From the IMG/VR virus record IMGVR_UViG_3300020039_000707: 33,078 nt of DNA; one strand, written 5' to 3'. The DNA is from a virus. Shown here one piece after another: positions 1 through 9,565 of this stretch. The translations under genes were made by a program, and so were the position numbers. Position 1 is the stretch's first letter. Each line of letters opens with the position of its first letter. The notes beneath the pieces are model-generated. The model saw only the letters and a list, made by a program, of their open reading frames with translations. It was not told where the DNA came from and did not search any database.

Positions 1-3
1 ATA

Positions 4-48
4 AAAATCAAGGGTCTAGATGAACTCACTTCGTTCGCCCTTGATTTT
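4..48 (+). terminator. Rho-independent terminator of an upstream gene outside the window
   Basis: AAAATCAAGGG (4-14) pairs with CCCTTGATTTT (38-48), with an inner GAAC/GTTC stem; followed by a T-rich tract. Confidence 0.75.
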
Positions 49-160
49 CTTTTAAACTAGTTTTTTATTTGATGTCTCCAAAATGGGGTTCACATCAATT
101 TGTTTAGTTTTTTGTTTAATTAATTCTGATTTTATTATATAATAATGTTGGGTGGTTCAA

Positions 161-1357
161 ATGAAGGAAAGAATTATTCTACATGTCGACTGTAATAATG
201 CTTTTTTGTCGTGGACTGCTGTAAATATGCTACATAATGGATGTAAAATTGATATTCGAGAAAGGTATGCCGTAATTGGTGGAGATGAAAAGACAAGACA
301 TGGAATAGTACTAGCTAAAAGTATGCTTTGCAAAAAGCAGGGTGTAATAACGGCGGAAACATTATATTCTGCTAGAAAGAAATGTCCTTATTTAGAAGTA
401 TATCCACCAAATTATAAAGTTTATAAAAAGTATTCTGACATTATGTATACTTATTTATGTAATTATGGGGATAAAGTAGAAAGATATTCAATTGATGAAT
501 GTTTTATCGATTATACTGATAGTTATTCTAAATTTGGTGATCCAGTCAAAATTGCTTATAAAATTAAAAATGATATTAGAGATAATTTTGGTTTTACTGT
601 GAATGTTGGGGTAGGGAACAATAAACTTTTAGCAAAAATGGCAAGTGATTTTTCGAAACCTGATAAAGTACATACTTTATTTAGTTATGAAGTGAAAGAA
701 AAAATGTGGCCACTTGATGTTACCGAATTATTTATGATTGGAAAAGCCGGAAGCAAGAAATTACATGAGCTGGGAATTAAGACCATTTATGATTTGGCTA
801 ATACTTCTCAAGAGTTTTTATTAAGGTACTTTAAAAGTATGGGTAAAATGATGTGGGAGTATGCTAACGGAATCGATGATAGTGCAGTTGAGAGTGAAAG
901 AGGGAATCCCAAGAGTATATCTAATTCCTTGGTTCTTCCATATGATTACTCGAATATTGTAGATATTTATGGGATACTTAAGAATTTATCAATGGAAACT
1001 GGGAAAAAATTAAGAGAAAAAAAGATGTATGCACCTAATGTGGGAATTTGGATTAAATATCATGATTTTTCAAAAGTCAGTAAACAAATTACTTTGGATA
1101 AATTAATCAATAGTGATGATGATATCTATAATAATGCTATCAAATTATTTGATAAAATGTGGAATCCCGATAGTGATAAAAAAGTTAGATCTTTATGTGT
1201 ATTTGTTGGCAATTTAACAAATGTATATAAAGAACAATTATCTTTATTTGATCAAATAAAGGATAAAGATGAGGATGATGAACTAACAAAGACACTTTTG
1301 GAAATAAAAAAGAAGTATGGTGATAAATCAATTAATTACGCTGATAATAGAAAGTAA
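161..1357 (+). CDS. dinB: Y-family DNA polymerase (DinB/UmuC-like)
   Basis: HVDCNNAFLSW, YSIDECFIDYT and VGVGNNKLLAKMASDFSKPDK are Y-family signatures. ORF track starts at GTG 152; ATG 161 is a likelier start. Confidence 0.88.
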   Translation: MKERIILHVDCNNAFLSWTAVNMLHNGCKIDIRERYAVIGGDEKTRHGIVLAKSMLCKKQGVITAETLYSARKKCPYLEVYPPNYKVYKKYSDIMYTYLCNYGDKVERYSIDECFIDYTDSYSKFGDPVKIAYKIKNDIRDNFGFTVNVGVGNNKLLAKMASDFSKPDKVHTLFSYEVKEKMWPLDVTELFMIGKAGSKKLHELGIKTIYDLANTSQEFLLRYFKSMGKMMWEYANGIDDSAVESERGNPKSISNSLVLPYDYSNIVDIYGILKNLSMETGKKLREKKMYAPNVGIWIKYHDFSKVSKQITLDKLINSDDDIYNNAIKLFDKMWNPDSDKKVRSLCVFVGNLTNVYKEQLSLFDQIKDKDEDDELTKTLLEIKKKYGDKSINYADNRK

Positions 1358-3223
1358 TTATTTATGACATATTTCTTTTATTTTTTTTGAAATATTATTA
1401 GTGTCTAGATGTAATTCTTTTAGTGTTTCTTCTTTGGTACCTTGTAGGATATATTTATCTGGAATGGCAAAAAGGTGAATATTGTTATGATAATCTAATG
1501 ATGTAGCATAATTTATTAGATATGAACCTAGAGAATTAATCATTGTTTGTTCTTCGTAGATAAAGATGTTTTGATATTCTTTTAAAATTTTTAAAAATAA
1601 TTTTTCATCTATTGGTTTTTGAAATCTCGCATTAACGATTGATAAATCTAGATCTTTTTGTAATTTATACTTGATAATTAGGGCATTATTTAAGAGATTA
1701 CCATATGTGATTAAAACAGCATCTTTACCTTTTTTTATAAATTCCCAAGAACCAATAGGAATTTCTTTATATGGTTTAGGAATATATTCTAAACTATCTT
1801 TGGAATAACGAATGGCAAATGGTTTATTGGTAATAGTTGCCGTATATAATATATTACCTGCTTCGATGCTATCTTTGGGTGTGGCAATGATTAGGTTAGG
1901 AATTGGTAACAAAAATGTTAAATCATATATTCCTTGATGAGTTTCACCATCGGCACCGACAATGCCAGCACGGTCAATGCCAATTATGACATGGGTATTC
2001 ATTCTGGCAATGTCATGGATTATTTGGTCATAACCACGTTGTAAAAATGTTGAATAAATTGAAACAAAGGGAATAAGACCACCTATACTCATGCCATTAG
2101 CTAATACTATGGCATGTTCTTCGGCAATTCCAACATCAATAAAATTATCTGGGTATAATTCTTTATATTTTAAGAGTTTACTACCGCCAGCCATAGCGGG
2201 AGTAATAACTATTATTTTATTATTTTCTTTAGTTAAATTAATTAAATGATTAGAAATCACTTCACTCCATGTAATTAAATTATTTTGTTTTGAATAAATT
2301 TCTCCAGTTTCTACATCAAATGGTCCAGGACCATGCCAAGCACCAATTTTATCGTTTTCGGCTGGGATGTAGCCTTTTCCTTTTTCAGTAATGACATGAA
2401 TTAAAACTGGTTCATTTTCTTTTTTAGCCATTTCTAAATATAAGAGCATTTCATGATAGTCATGACCATTAATTGGTCCATAATATTTAATTCCTAGTTC
2501 TTCAAATAAGAAACCTTCTTTTAAATATAGTTTTTTAAAAGATGATTTAATATTTTTAATAATCAGACTTAATTTATGGCCTATTATTGGAATTTTATTT
2601 AGTATTTTTTTGGTATTGAACTTAGCCTTGTTATAGCCATTATTAGCTCTAATTTTATCTAAATTATTATGTAATGCTCCAACATTCTTAGAGATACTCA
2701 TTTCATTATCATTTAAAATAATAATCAGTTTAGTCTTAGTTGAACCAATGTGATTTAATGCTTCATATGCTAGACCGTTTCCCATAGAACCATCACCAAT
2801 AATGGCAATAACATTATAATTCTCTTTTTGTTTATCTCTAGCAAGTGCCATACCTAACGCAGCTGATAAGCTTGTAGATGAGTGTCCTGCTTCATATGCA
2901 TCATATTCACTTTCTTTACGTTTTTGAAAGCCAGATAAGCCATTTAATTTACGTAAATTATCAAAATCTTTAGCCCTTCCTGTTAAAATTTTATGAGTAT
3001 AACATTGATGGGATACATCAAAGATAATTTTATCTTTAGGACTATCAAAAACTTTATGAATGGCAATAGTTAAATCAACGACACCTAAATTTGATGAAAG
3101 ATGTCCTCCAGTCTTGGACACTTTTTCAATAATAAATTTTCTTATATCTGTAGATAATAATTTCAAATCTTTAATCTTCATTTTTTTTAGGAATTTAGGA
3201 TTTTTAATATTTAGTATATTCAT
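1358..3223 (-). CDS. dxs: 1-deoxy-D-xylulose-5-phosphate synthase
   Basis: SGHLSSNLGVVDLTIAIH-type N-terminus, IIGDGSMGNGLAYEALNH thiamine-PP motif, DVGIAEEHAIVLANGM, DRAGIVGADGETHQGIYDL. Confidence 0.95.
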   Translation of the reverse strand: MNILNIKNPKFLKKMKIKDLKLLSTDIRKFIIEKVSKTGGHLSSNLGVVDLTIAIHKVFDSPKDKIIFDVSHQCYTHKILTGRAKDFDNLRKLNGLSGFQKRKESEYDAYEAGHSSTSLSAALGMALARDKQKENYNVIAIIGDGSMGNGLAYEALNHIGSTKTKLIIILNDNEMSISKNVGALHNNLDKIRANNGYNKAKFNTKKILNKIPIIGHKLSLIIKNIKSSFKKLYLKEGFLFEELGIKYYGPINGHDYHEMLLYLEMAKKENEPVLIHVITEKGKGYIPAENDKIGAWHGPGPFDVETGEIYSKQNNLITWSEVISNHLINLTKENNKIIVITPAMAGGSKLLKYKELYPDNFIDVGIAEEHAIVLANGMSIGGLIPFVSIYSTFLQRGYDQIIHDIARMNTHVIIGIDRAGIVGADGETHQGIYDLTFLLPIPNLIIATPKDSIEAGNILYTATITNKPFAIRYSKDSLEYIPKPYKEIPIGSWEFIKKGKDAVLITYGNLLNNALIIKYKLQKDLDLSIVNARFQKPIDEKLFLKILKEYQNIFIYEEQTMINSLGSYLINYATSLDYHNNIHLFAIPDKYILQGTKEETLKELHLDTNNISKKIKEICHK

Positions 3224-3303
3224 ATTAATGCACTTCTTTCTTTGTAAATAATATTATACTATGAAATATAATTTTTTGTTATTTTTATGGTATTTAAAAC
3301 TAT

Positions 3304-3331
3304 TTGATTTTTTTTAAACATATGATATAAT
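3304..3331 (+). promoter_or_regulatory. sigma-A type promoter for the downstream hypothetical gene
   Basis: TTGATT (3304-3309), 16 nt spacer, TATAAT (3326-3331); GGAGG just upstream of the ATG at 3357. Confidence 0.6.
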
Positions 3332-3356
3332 ACAACGTGCGAATGGAGGAATATAC

Positions 3357-4088
3357 ATGAAAATTAATGCAGATATATCTACTGAATACTTAGAATATCA
3401 ACTAGGTTATCCTAAATGTTCTAAATTGACAGATGCAGAAAAAATAAGAAGATTAAATAAGCAATTTATAGATGCAGATTATGGAATGAAACAAGCAGAT
3501 TATAATAGATGGATTAAAGATGCAAAAAAAACTTATATTGGAACGATAGAAACCGAAAGTCTTTTAATGGGAGATTTGCATTGTTATAGAAATAACTATA
3601 GGGAAGAATTAAGTAATGAAGTAATTGGTAACTTAAGTATTGCACAAATTGTCAGAATTCTGGATTCAATTGATTTATATACAATTATGAAATTGATATC
3701 TAATGATATAGAGATCACAAATATTGCAAAATTTTATCCAATTGCTACGGGAAATTGTATTTTTTCTGATGGTAGTAGTATGTATCTCTATGCAGAATTA
3801 AATACTAATTTTAATCGTAGTTGGTCTCAGAGAAGTTATATAGGTAGAAGAGGTAAATGGTTTCGCGATGGAATAAAGTCGATTAATGGTATTAATGCTT
3901 ATGAATTATTATATAGGTTTTTAAGATTACCTATTGGGGTTGTTCTTAGTTCAATAAATGAAGTTAATACGCATATGGAATCAGGAATACCTTTTGATGA
4001 TGATCTTTGTCAAAAACTTGAAGATATTCAAACTGATAAGAATACACCTAAAATTTTAGTTAAAAACTATTTAAAGTATAATAAATAG
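3357..4088 (+). CDS. Hypothetical protein, function not recognised
   Basis: Complete ORF with promoter and Shine-Dalgarno sequence. Confidence 0.75.
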   Translation: MKINADISTEYLEYQLGYPKCSKLTDAEKIRRLNKQFIDADYGMKQADYNRWIKDAKKTYIGTIETESLLMGDLHCYRNNYREELSNEVIGNLSIAQIVRILDSIDLYTIMKLISNDIEITNIAKFYPIATGNCIFSDGSSMYLYAELNTNFNRSWSQRSYIGRRGKWFRDGIKSINGINAYELLYRFLRLPIGVVLSSINEVNTHMESGIPFDDDLCQKLEDIQTDKNTPKILVKNYLKYNK

Positions 4089-4184
4089 TAGGAAAAGTCT
4101 TTGGACTTTTTTTCTTTTTATTAAAACCTGCGTAGCATAACCTAAAATATGATATAATTATATTGCATAGAAAGAAGGAAGACA

Positions 4185-6344
4185 ATGAACGAGATAATTA
4201 TTAATGAAATTGCATTAGAACTTAATGTTAAGATAGAACAGGTAGTGACTGTTTTAAAATTTTTAGAAGAAGGAAATACAATTCCTTTTATTGCTAGGTA
4301 TAGAAAAGAAGCTACTGGAGCACTTAATGAAGAAGAAATTAGAAAAATTGATGAAGTATATCAATATCAAGTTAATTTAGCTAAAAGAAAAGAAGATGTT
4401 ATTAGATTAATTGATGAAAAGGGATTACTTACTGATGAATTAAAAGAAGAAATTATGAAAGCTTCAAAGTTGGTGGAAGTAGAAGACTTGTATAGACCAT
4501 TTAAAGAAAAAAAGAAGACAAAAGCTACGGAAGCTATCAAGAATGGTCTTGAGCCTTTAGCTAAGGAAATAATGGCTTTTCCTGTTAAGGGAACGATAGA
4601 GGAAATTGCTAGTAAATATATAACAGAGAACGTTAAAAATGTAGAAGATGCTATTCAAGGTGCTAAATATATTATTGCTGAGTGGATTAGTGATAATGCT
4701 AAATATAGGAAAACTATTAGAGATAATACATATAATTATGGTACTATTAAGAGTAAGATAAAAAAAGATGCGGTTGATGAGAATAAGACGTATGATATGT
4801 ATTATGACTATGAAGAAAAGATTAAGTATATTAAACCACATAGAATACTAGCTCTTAATCGGGGAGAAAATGAAGGAATTCTTAATGTATCTATCATATA
4901 TGAAAAAGAAAGAGTACTTAGTTATTTAGAAAAAAGAATTATTAAGAATGAAGAATCATTTGTCGTAGATATTGTCAAGGAAGCAACCTTAGACAGTTAT
5001 AAAAGATTAATAGAACCTTCAATTGAAAGAGAAATTAGAAGTGATTTGACAGTTATTGGGGAAGATGCTGCTATTAGTAATTTTGCAAAGAATTTAGAAG
5101 CATTACTTTTAACTCCTCCGATGAAAGAGATAACAGTTTTAGCATTTGATCCAGGATATGTTAATGGTTGTAAATTGGCAGTTATTGATAAGACGGGTAA
5201 GTATTTAGATTCTATGGTAGTTAAACCATTTTTAAAAGGAAATATTCAAGATAAATTAATAGAACAAACTGAGGAAATTGTTAAGAATTTAATAGAAAAA
5301 TATAAAGTGGATGTTATTGCTATTGGTAATGGAACAGCATCAAGGGAAAGTGAAAAATTAGTGGCTGAAATGATTAAGAAATATAATCTTAATTGTAAGT
5401 ATGTAATTGTTTCAGAAGCGGGTGCATCTATTTATAGTGCATCCAAAGTAGCAATCGAGGAATTTCCTGATTTAGCAGTTGAAAAAAGAAGCGCTGTTAG
5501 TATTGGAAGAAGACTTCAGGATCCTTTATCTGAACTTGTTAAAATACCTCCAGAAGGGATTGGAGTAGGGTTATATCAACATGATGTAGCCGAGAAGAAA
5601 CTCTCTGATAATTTGGATTTTGTGGTTAGTAAAACAGTTAATAGTGTAGGAGTAAATGTAAATACAGCTTCTTCTTCACTTCTTAAGTACGTTTCCGGAA
5701 TGAATAAGCGTTATATCGATAAGATTATCGATTTTAGAAATAAAATGGGTAAATTTAAATCAAGGAAAGAAATTGAAAAATTACTTAGTGAGAAGGTATA
5801 TGAACAAGCAGTAGGCTTTTTAAGAATACCTGAAGGTGATAATATACTTGATTCAACAGGGATACATCCAGAGAGTTATGGTATAGCTAATGGTGTTTTA
5901 GATAAACTGGGATTGAAATTATCAGATGTTGGTAGTAGTGAACTTGTAAGTAAATTAAATGATATTAATTTAGATAAATTAAAAGATGAACTTGGAACTG
6001 ATATTTATACTCTAGAAGATGTTATTAATTGTCTAAAGGCTCCAAATAGAGATCCTAGAGATGATATGCCACAACCTATCCTTAAGAGTGATGTTTTGGA
6101 ACTAGAAGATTTAAAGGTCGGTATGAAATTACAAGGTACAGTTAGAAATGTTGTCGATTTTGGGGCATTTATTGATATTGGACTTCATGAAGATGGCCTT
6201 GTACATATATCAAAAATTACTGATAAGTATATAAAACATCCAAGTGATATTCTTAGCGTTGGGGATATTGTAGATTGTTATGTGGATGAGGTAAAACTAG
6301 ATAAAAAGAAGGTCAGCCTGAGTTTGTTAGAACCTAAAGGCTAG
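4185..6344 (+). CDS. tex: Tex-family RNA-binding transcription accessory protein (YqgF/HhH/S1 domains)
   Basis: VTVLKFLEEGNTIPFIARYRKEATGALNEEEIR; FDPGYVNGCKLAVID; IGNGTASRESEKLV; C-terminal S1 domain LQGTVRNVVDFGAFIDIGLHEDGLVHIS. Confidence 0.96.
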   Translation: MNEIIINEIALELNVKIEQVVTVLKFLEEGNTIPFIARYRKEATGALNEEEIRKIDEVYQYQVNLAKRKEDVIRLIDEKGLLTDELKEEIMKASKLVEVEDLYRPFKEKKKTKATEAIKNGLEPLAKEIMAFPVKGTIEEIASKYITENVKNVEDAIQGAKYIIAEWISDNAKYRKTIRDNTYNYGTIKSKIKKDAVDENKTYDMYYDYEEKIKYIKPHRILALNRGENEGILNVSIIYEKERVLSYLEKRIIKNEESFVVDIVKEATLDSYKRLIEPSIEREIRSDLTVIGEDAAISNFAKNLEALLLTPPMKEITVLAFDPGYVNGCKLAVIDKTGKYLDSMVVKPFLKGNIQDKLIEQTEEIVKNLIEKYKVDVIAIGNGTASRESEKLVAEMIKKYNLNCKYVIVSEAGASIYSASKVAIEEFPDLAVEKRSAVSIGRRLQDPLSELVKIPPEGIGVGLYQHDVAEKKLSDNLDFVVSKTVNSVGVNVNTASSSLLKYVSGMNKRYIDKIIDFRNKMGKFKSRKEIEKLLSEKVYEQAVGFLRIPEGDNILDSTGIHPESYGIANGVLDKLGLKLSDVGSSELVSKLNDINLDKLKDELGTDIYTLEDVINCLKAPNRDPRDDMPQPILKSDVLELEDLKVGMKLQGTVRNVVDFGAFIDIGLHEDGLVHISKITDKYIKHPSDILSVGDIVDCYVDEVKLDKKKVSLSLLEPKG

Positions 6345-6350
6345 CATTTT

Positions 6351-6386
6351 AAAAGTACTAAAGTGTGTTCTTTAGTACTTTTTTCT
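6351..6386 (+). terminator. Rho-independent terminator of tex
   Basis: Perfect 13-bp stem AAAAGTACTAAAG (6351-6363)/CTTTAGTACTTTT (6370-6382) plus U-tract. Confidence 0.85.
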
Positions 6387-6428
6387 TGATATTTGTCGTA
6401 AAGTTTTTTAAAAATTTACGTGAAATTG

Positions 6429-6457
6429 TTGACAATGCTAGCCAAATCATTTATAAT
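6429..6457 (+). promoter_or_regulatory. Promoter of tRNA-Gly
   Basis: TTGACA (6429-6434), 17 nt, TATAAT (6452-6457). Confidence 0.8.
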
Positions 6458-6477
6458 TTATATTGCCTACTTGATTT

Positions 6478-6551
6478 GCGGATGTAGTTTAATGGTAGAA
6501 CTTCAGCCTTCCAAGCTGACCACGGGAGTTCGATTCTCCTCATCCGCTCCA
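6478..6551 (+). tRNA. tRNA-Gly(TCC) with encoded CCA
   Basis: GCGGATG/CATCCGC acceptor stem, TCAGC-CTTCCAA-GCTGA anticodon arm (anticodon TCC), GGGAG-TTCGATT-CTCC T arm, TCCA 3' end. Confidence 0.95.
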
Positions 6552-6563
6552 CTATGATGAATC

Positions 6564-6593
6564 GAACCATCATATTATTGATGGTTCTTTTTT
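6564..6593 (+). terminator. Terminator downstream of tRNA-Gly
   Basis: GAACCATC (6564-6571)/GATGGTTC (6580-6587) followed by T6. Confidence 0.85.
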
Positions 6594-6637
6594 GTTGTAA
6601 TTTATATATAAATTTATAATTTTTATATATTATAAAA

Positions 6638-6719
6638 ATACTAGTATTGAATATAATATTACTAGTACAATGATTTAAAGCATTAGTATTAAAATCTAAT
6701 TACTAGTCTAATTACTAGT
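6638..6719. repeat. Cluster of four ACTAGT palindromes next to a promoter (candidate operator)
   Basis: ACTAGT at 6640-6645, 6661-6666, 6702-6707 and 6714-6719; the last two lie in a tandem CTAATTACTAGT duplication ending at the -35 box. Confidence 0.5.
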
Positions 6720-6720
6720 G

Positions 6721-6749
6721 TTGACAAAAAAAATTTGTTATGTTATCAT
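6721..6749 (+). promoter_or_regulatory. Strong sigma-A type promoter
   Basis: TTGACA (6721-6726), 17 nt, TATCAT (6744-6749). Confidence 0.75.
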
Positions 6750-6755
6750 TGTATT

Positions 6756-6858
6756 ACCGAAGAGGAAATCTCTTGACAGGTCTATAACTGATGTATGATT
6801 TTTAATTTAGTGCTTAGCACCATCTCAGTTAGGAAGAGGAACTTAGGTTTCTCTTTTT
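6756..6858 (+). ncRNA. Candidate structured small RNA of about 100 nt
   Basis: Promoter-to-terminator unit without an ORF; stems AAGAG-GAAAT-CTCTT, TAACTGA...TCAGTTA enclosing GTGC-TTA-GCAC, then terminator GAGGAAC-TTAG-GTTTCTC plus T-tract. Confidence 0.5.
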
Positions 6859-6861
6859 TTG

Positions 6862-7605
6862 TTATGGTAAAAATAATTTAACATCTATAAAATTTATAGC
6901 TTTAGAAATATCTATTTTATTATTTAATTTTAATTCATATTGATGATGTAAATAATTAGCTATCATGTCAGTTGCTTGAATTCCATAATTATACTTTGAA
7001 TTATAGTGTACAACTTCTATTTTTAACTTATTTTTTAATAATGGCTGCTTTATTTTTGAATAGTCATAATTTATGATACCATTTACTAATTCTTCATATA
7101 TACTTTCTTTTAAGTTATAATATCCATTTGATTTAGTATCTGCTTGATCTATTTTTATGTATAATTCTAGTTCTTTATTTGGATCAATTTTCTTTTCTCT
7201 AATTGAATACAGAATAATTTCTTTTATTATCCTTTTTTGTGTATAATCTGAAAATCTACCTCTTGATGCTTTATTTTCCATTATTCTGGAATATACTTTA
7301 TTGTTTTCAATAAAAACTCCAAAATTGTTCTGCTTTTTGGTTAAATTATAAATCCATCTACGATGTTCATTACTTAATTTTGTAGTTCCTTTTATTTCTA
7401 TACAATCTTTATCGCATTTAGCACTTTCATAATCACAATATCCACATTTTATCTTTTTAATTATCGATTTATATTGATTAATAAAGTTACTTATTTCATT
7501 AGTACTATAGAAGAACAATCCTCCATATATACAAGAGGTTTCATTATTATTTAATTTGCCAGAATCATCCATATAGATATAGAGAGTTTGTTTTTTATTA
7601 TTCAC
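6862..7605 (-). CDS. DUF3800 domain-containing protein
   Basis: N-terminal LYIYMDDSGKLNNNETSCIYGGLFF; C-terminal IQATDMIANYLHHQYE, typical of the RNase H-fold-like DUF3800 family. Confidence 0.82.
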   Translation of the reverse strand: MNNKKQTLYIYMDDSGKLNNNETSCIYGGLFFYSTNEISNFINQYKSIIKKIKCGYCDYESAKCDKDCIEIKGTTKLSNEHRRWIYNLTKKQNNFGVFIENNKVYSRIMENKASRGRFSDYTQKRIIKEIILYSIREKKIDPNKELELYIKIDQADTKSNGYYNLKESIYEELVNGIINYDYSKIKQPLLKNKLKIEVVHYNSKYNYGIQATDMIANYLHHQYELKLNNKIDISKAINFIDVKLFLP

Positions 7606-8129
7606 GTTTTTTACCTCCTCTAACTTAAATAATTACTTTATATATTAACATAATATTAATCATTTGTCACAGGAAATGATAAACTTTGTCAAATAATATA
7701 TTTAACTAATAAGGTAATCATGCCCATTTGTCAATATATTTTGGTATAATTACTCTAATTGCTTGATTACAATTGACAATTTATGCAATTTTTGGTAATC
7801 TTTATTTGTGAGCATTGGAGTAGACTAAGGTCTTCCAGTCTTTTTATTTATTTGTGATAATCTATTAACTGATGTCGCTAAAATGTCGTCAAAATGTCGC
7901 CTATAATAAAGAAAAAAATCTTAAATATGCTAGACAATTATAATTAAAAAAGTATTATTGTTATATAAGAACTCTGTTCTATCTGAAGCTTTACGAATAT
8001 TCACGTAAAAGGATTATGTAGGAAGAATGGAGTTTTTATTTTTTTTTACTAAAAAAGTAGCAGTATCTATATACTACTACTTAAACAATTTGCGTTGTTA
8101 ATACTAAACTAATCAAACGTTTACTTTTT

Positions 8130-9179
8130 TTAATTTTTATAAATTGGTTCTTGTATTTGATTCATACCTAATTTATTAGTTATTTTTACATCTTTAATTG
8201 TGCAATATTTAAAAATATTTTCAATTGTATCATCAAATGTTTCATATGTTGTGAATGTAAATTCATAATTTTTTTCTTCTTCAAGGGTAAACTCATTTGG
8301 TATTTTTACTGATATTAGTTCACCTGATTGAAACTGGGTTATAACAATATTCTTATATTCTTCTGAATTATCTGGCGCAATACTTACAATTTTATAAGTC
8401 CTTGTAAATTTATTTATGTTATCTTCAATTATGCCACAGTACTTACCTTGCAACTCATTTTCCATGTGCATTATTCCAAAGTATACTTCTTTTCTTTCAT
8501 TGCAAAATATTACTTCATACCCATTACTTTTATAGGTAGTTATACTGTCATCATATATATTAAATTTCTTTATATAATTGTTTTCAACCTGTTTATCTAA
8601 AAATTCTCGTACTTTTTTCATATTGGTTTGTTTATTAACAATAGCATTTAATAAATCATAACAATTGTCTTTGGCATCACATAAACGAACACTTCCTAAA
8701 GAATAATACCATATGATATTATCGTTATTAGCTATTAATTGATCAACCAGCCTGTTTTCTTGATTATCTACAACATTAATTTTATATATATCAATTTTAG
8801 GATATCGTTTCCTATATTCATAATATGATTTCCCAATAAATGCAATTAAAATACTTAATATCAATATCAATATCATAATTATTTTCTTTGATTTTTTCTT
8901 AGTTTCTTCATTATAATTAAGTGTTTTAATAATTGTATTATCGATATTATCTCTTGTCATTTCTTTTGGCTCTATTTCTCCATTAATTAATTCATTCAAA
9001 CTTATATTTAATTCTTTACATAATGGTTTATAAAGTGATACATCTGGCATTCTTCTACCATTTTCCCAATTAGATATTGCTCTATCAGTTACTCCTAACT
9101 TATCAGCTAATTCTTGTTGAGTTATTTTTTTATTTTTTCTCATTTTTGCAATAAACGAACCTATTTTTTCTTGATCCAT
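8130..9179 (-). CDS. XRE-family HTH regulator with C-terminal transmembrane and extracytoplasmic region
   Basis: IGSFIAKMRKNKKITQQELADKLGVTDRAISNWENGRRMPD HTH; hydrophobic segment IIMILILILSILIAFIG. Confidence 0.88.
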   Translation of the reverse strand: MDQEKIGSFIAKMRKNKKITQQELADKLGVTDRAISNWENGRRMPDVSLYKPLCKELNISLNELINGEIEPKEMTRDNIDNTIIKTLNYNEETKKKSKKIIMILILILSILIAFIGKSYYEYRKRYPKIDIYKINVVDNQENRLVDQLIANNDNIIWYYSLGSVRLCDAKDNCYDLLNAIVNKQTNMKKVREFLDKQVENNYIKKFNIYDDSITTYKSNGYEVIFCNERKEVYFGIMHMENELQGKYCGIIEDNINKFTRTYKIVSIAPDNSEEYKNIVITQFQSGELISVKIPNEFTLEEEKNYEFTFTTYETFDDTIENIFKYCTIKDVKITNKLGMNQIQEPIYKN

Positions 9180-9436
9180 ATCCTCTTTCTCCTTTCTTTT
9201 TAATTATAATATATTTATATTATTTTGTATCCACACAGATAGTGGAGTTTTAGATAGTTGCGCATATCCACATGTGGCATGTATGACAATAGGCCCTAAA
9301 AAAAGAAATTTGGATGGTCAATCTAAAAATGCTAAAGAAAGATATGTTGTATGTGTAAGATGGAACTATATCAAAGATGATATTATCGATTTTAAAAGTA
9401 GGTTGTGACTGGTGGTAGTAAGACTCAAATCATTGT

Positions 9437-9482
9437 TCCATGAAAAAAATAGTACGTGAGTACTAGTTAAATTTTTCATGGA
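9437..9482. repeat. Nested inverted repeat (cruciform-like)
   Basis: TCCATGAAAAA (9437-9447)/TTTTTCATGGA (9472-9482) enclosing TAGTAC-GTGA-GTACTA (9450-9465). Confidence 0.65.
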
Positions 9483-9565
9483 GCGCCTTAGATACGATAT
9501 ACGACCTTAAGTTCTTCTTTGTAATTTGATTATATACTATATCTGCTAATATATCAACTATTTGA

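Noticed and set aside
3060-3251. Plus-strand ORF overlapping dxs start
   Set aside because: Antisense to a well-supported gene with no family-like sequence.
4557-4841. Minus-strand ORF inside tex
   Set aside because: Low-complexity antisense frame fully inside a strongly supported gene; hydrophobic composition is expected from AT-rich antisense.
6478-6551. tRNA-Gly as the attachment site of the phage-like element
   Set aside because: The recombinases are serine type and over 10 kb away, and I could not find a duplicated tRNA 3' end in the window; this stays open only for the older island.
6721-6860. Type I toxin-antitoxin locus as an explanation for the ORF-less transcript
   Set aside because: No small hydrophobic peptide ORF is visible in the transcript or directly antisense, so a structured RNA is the simpler reading.
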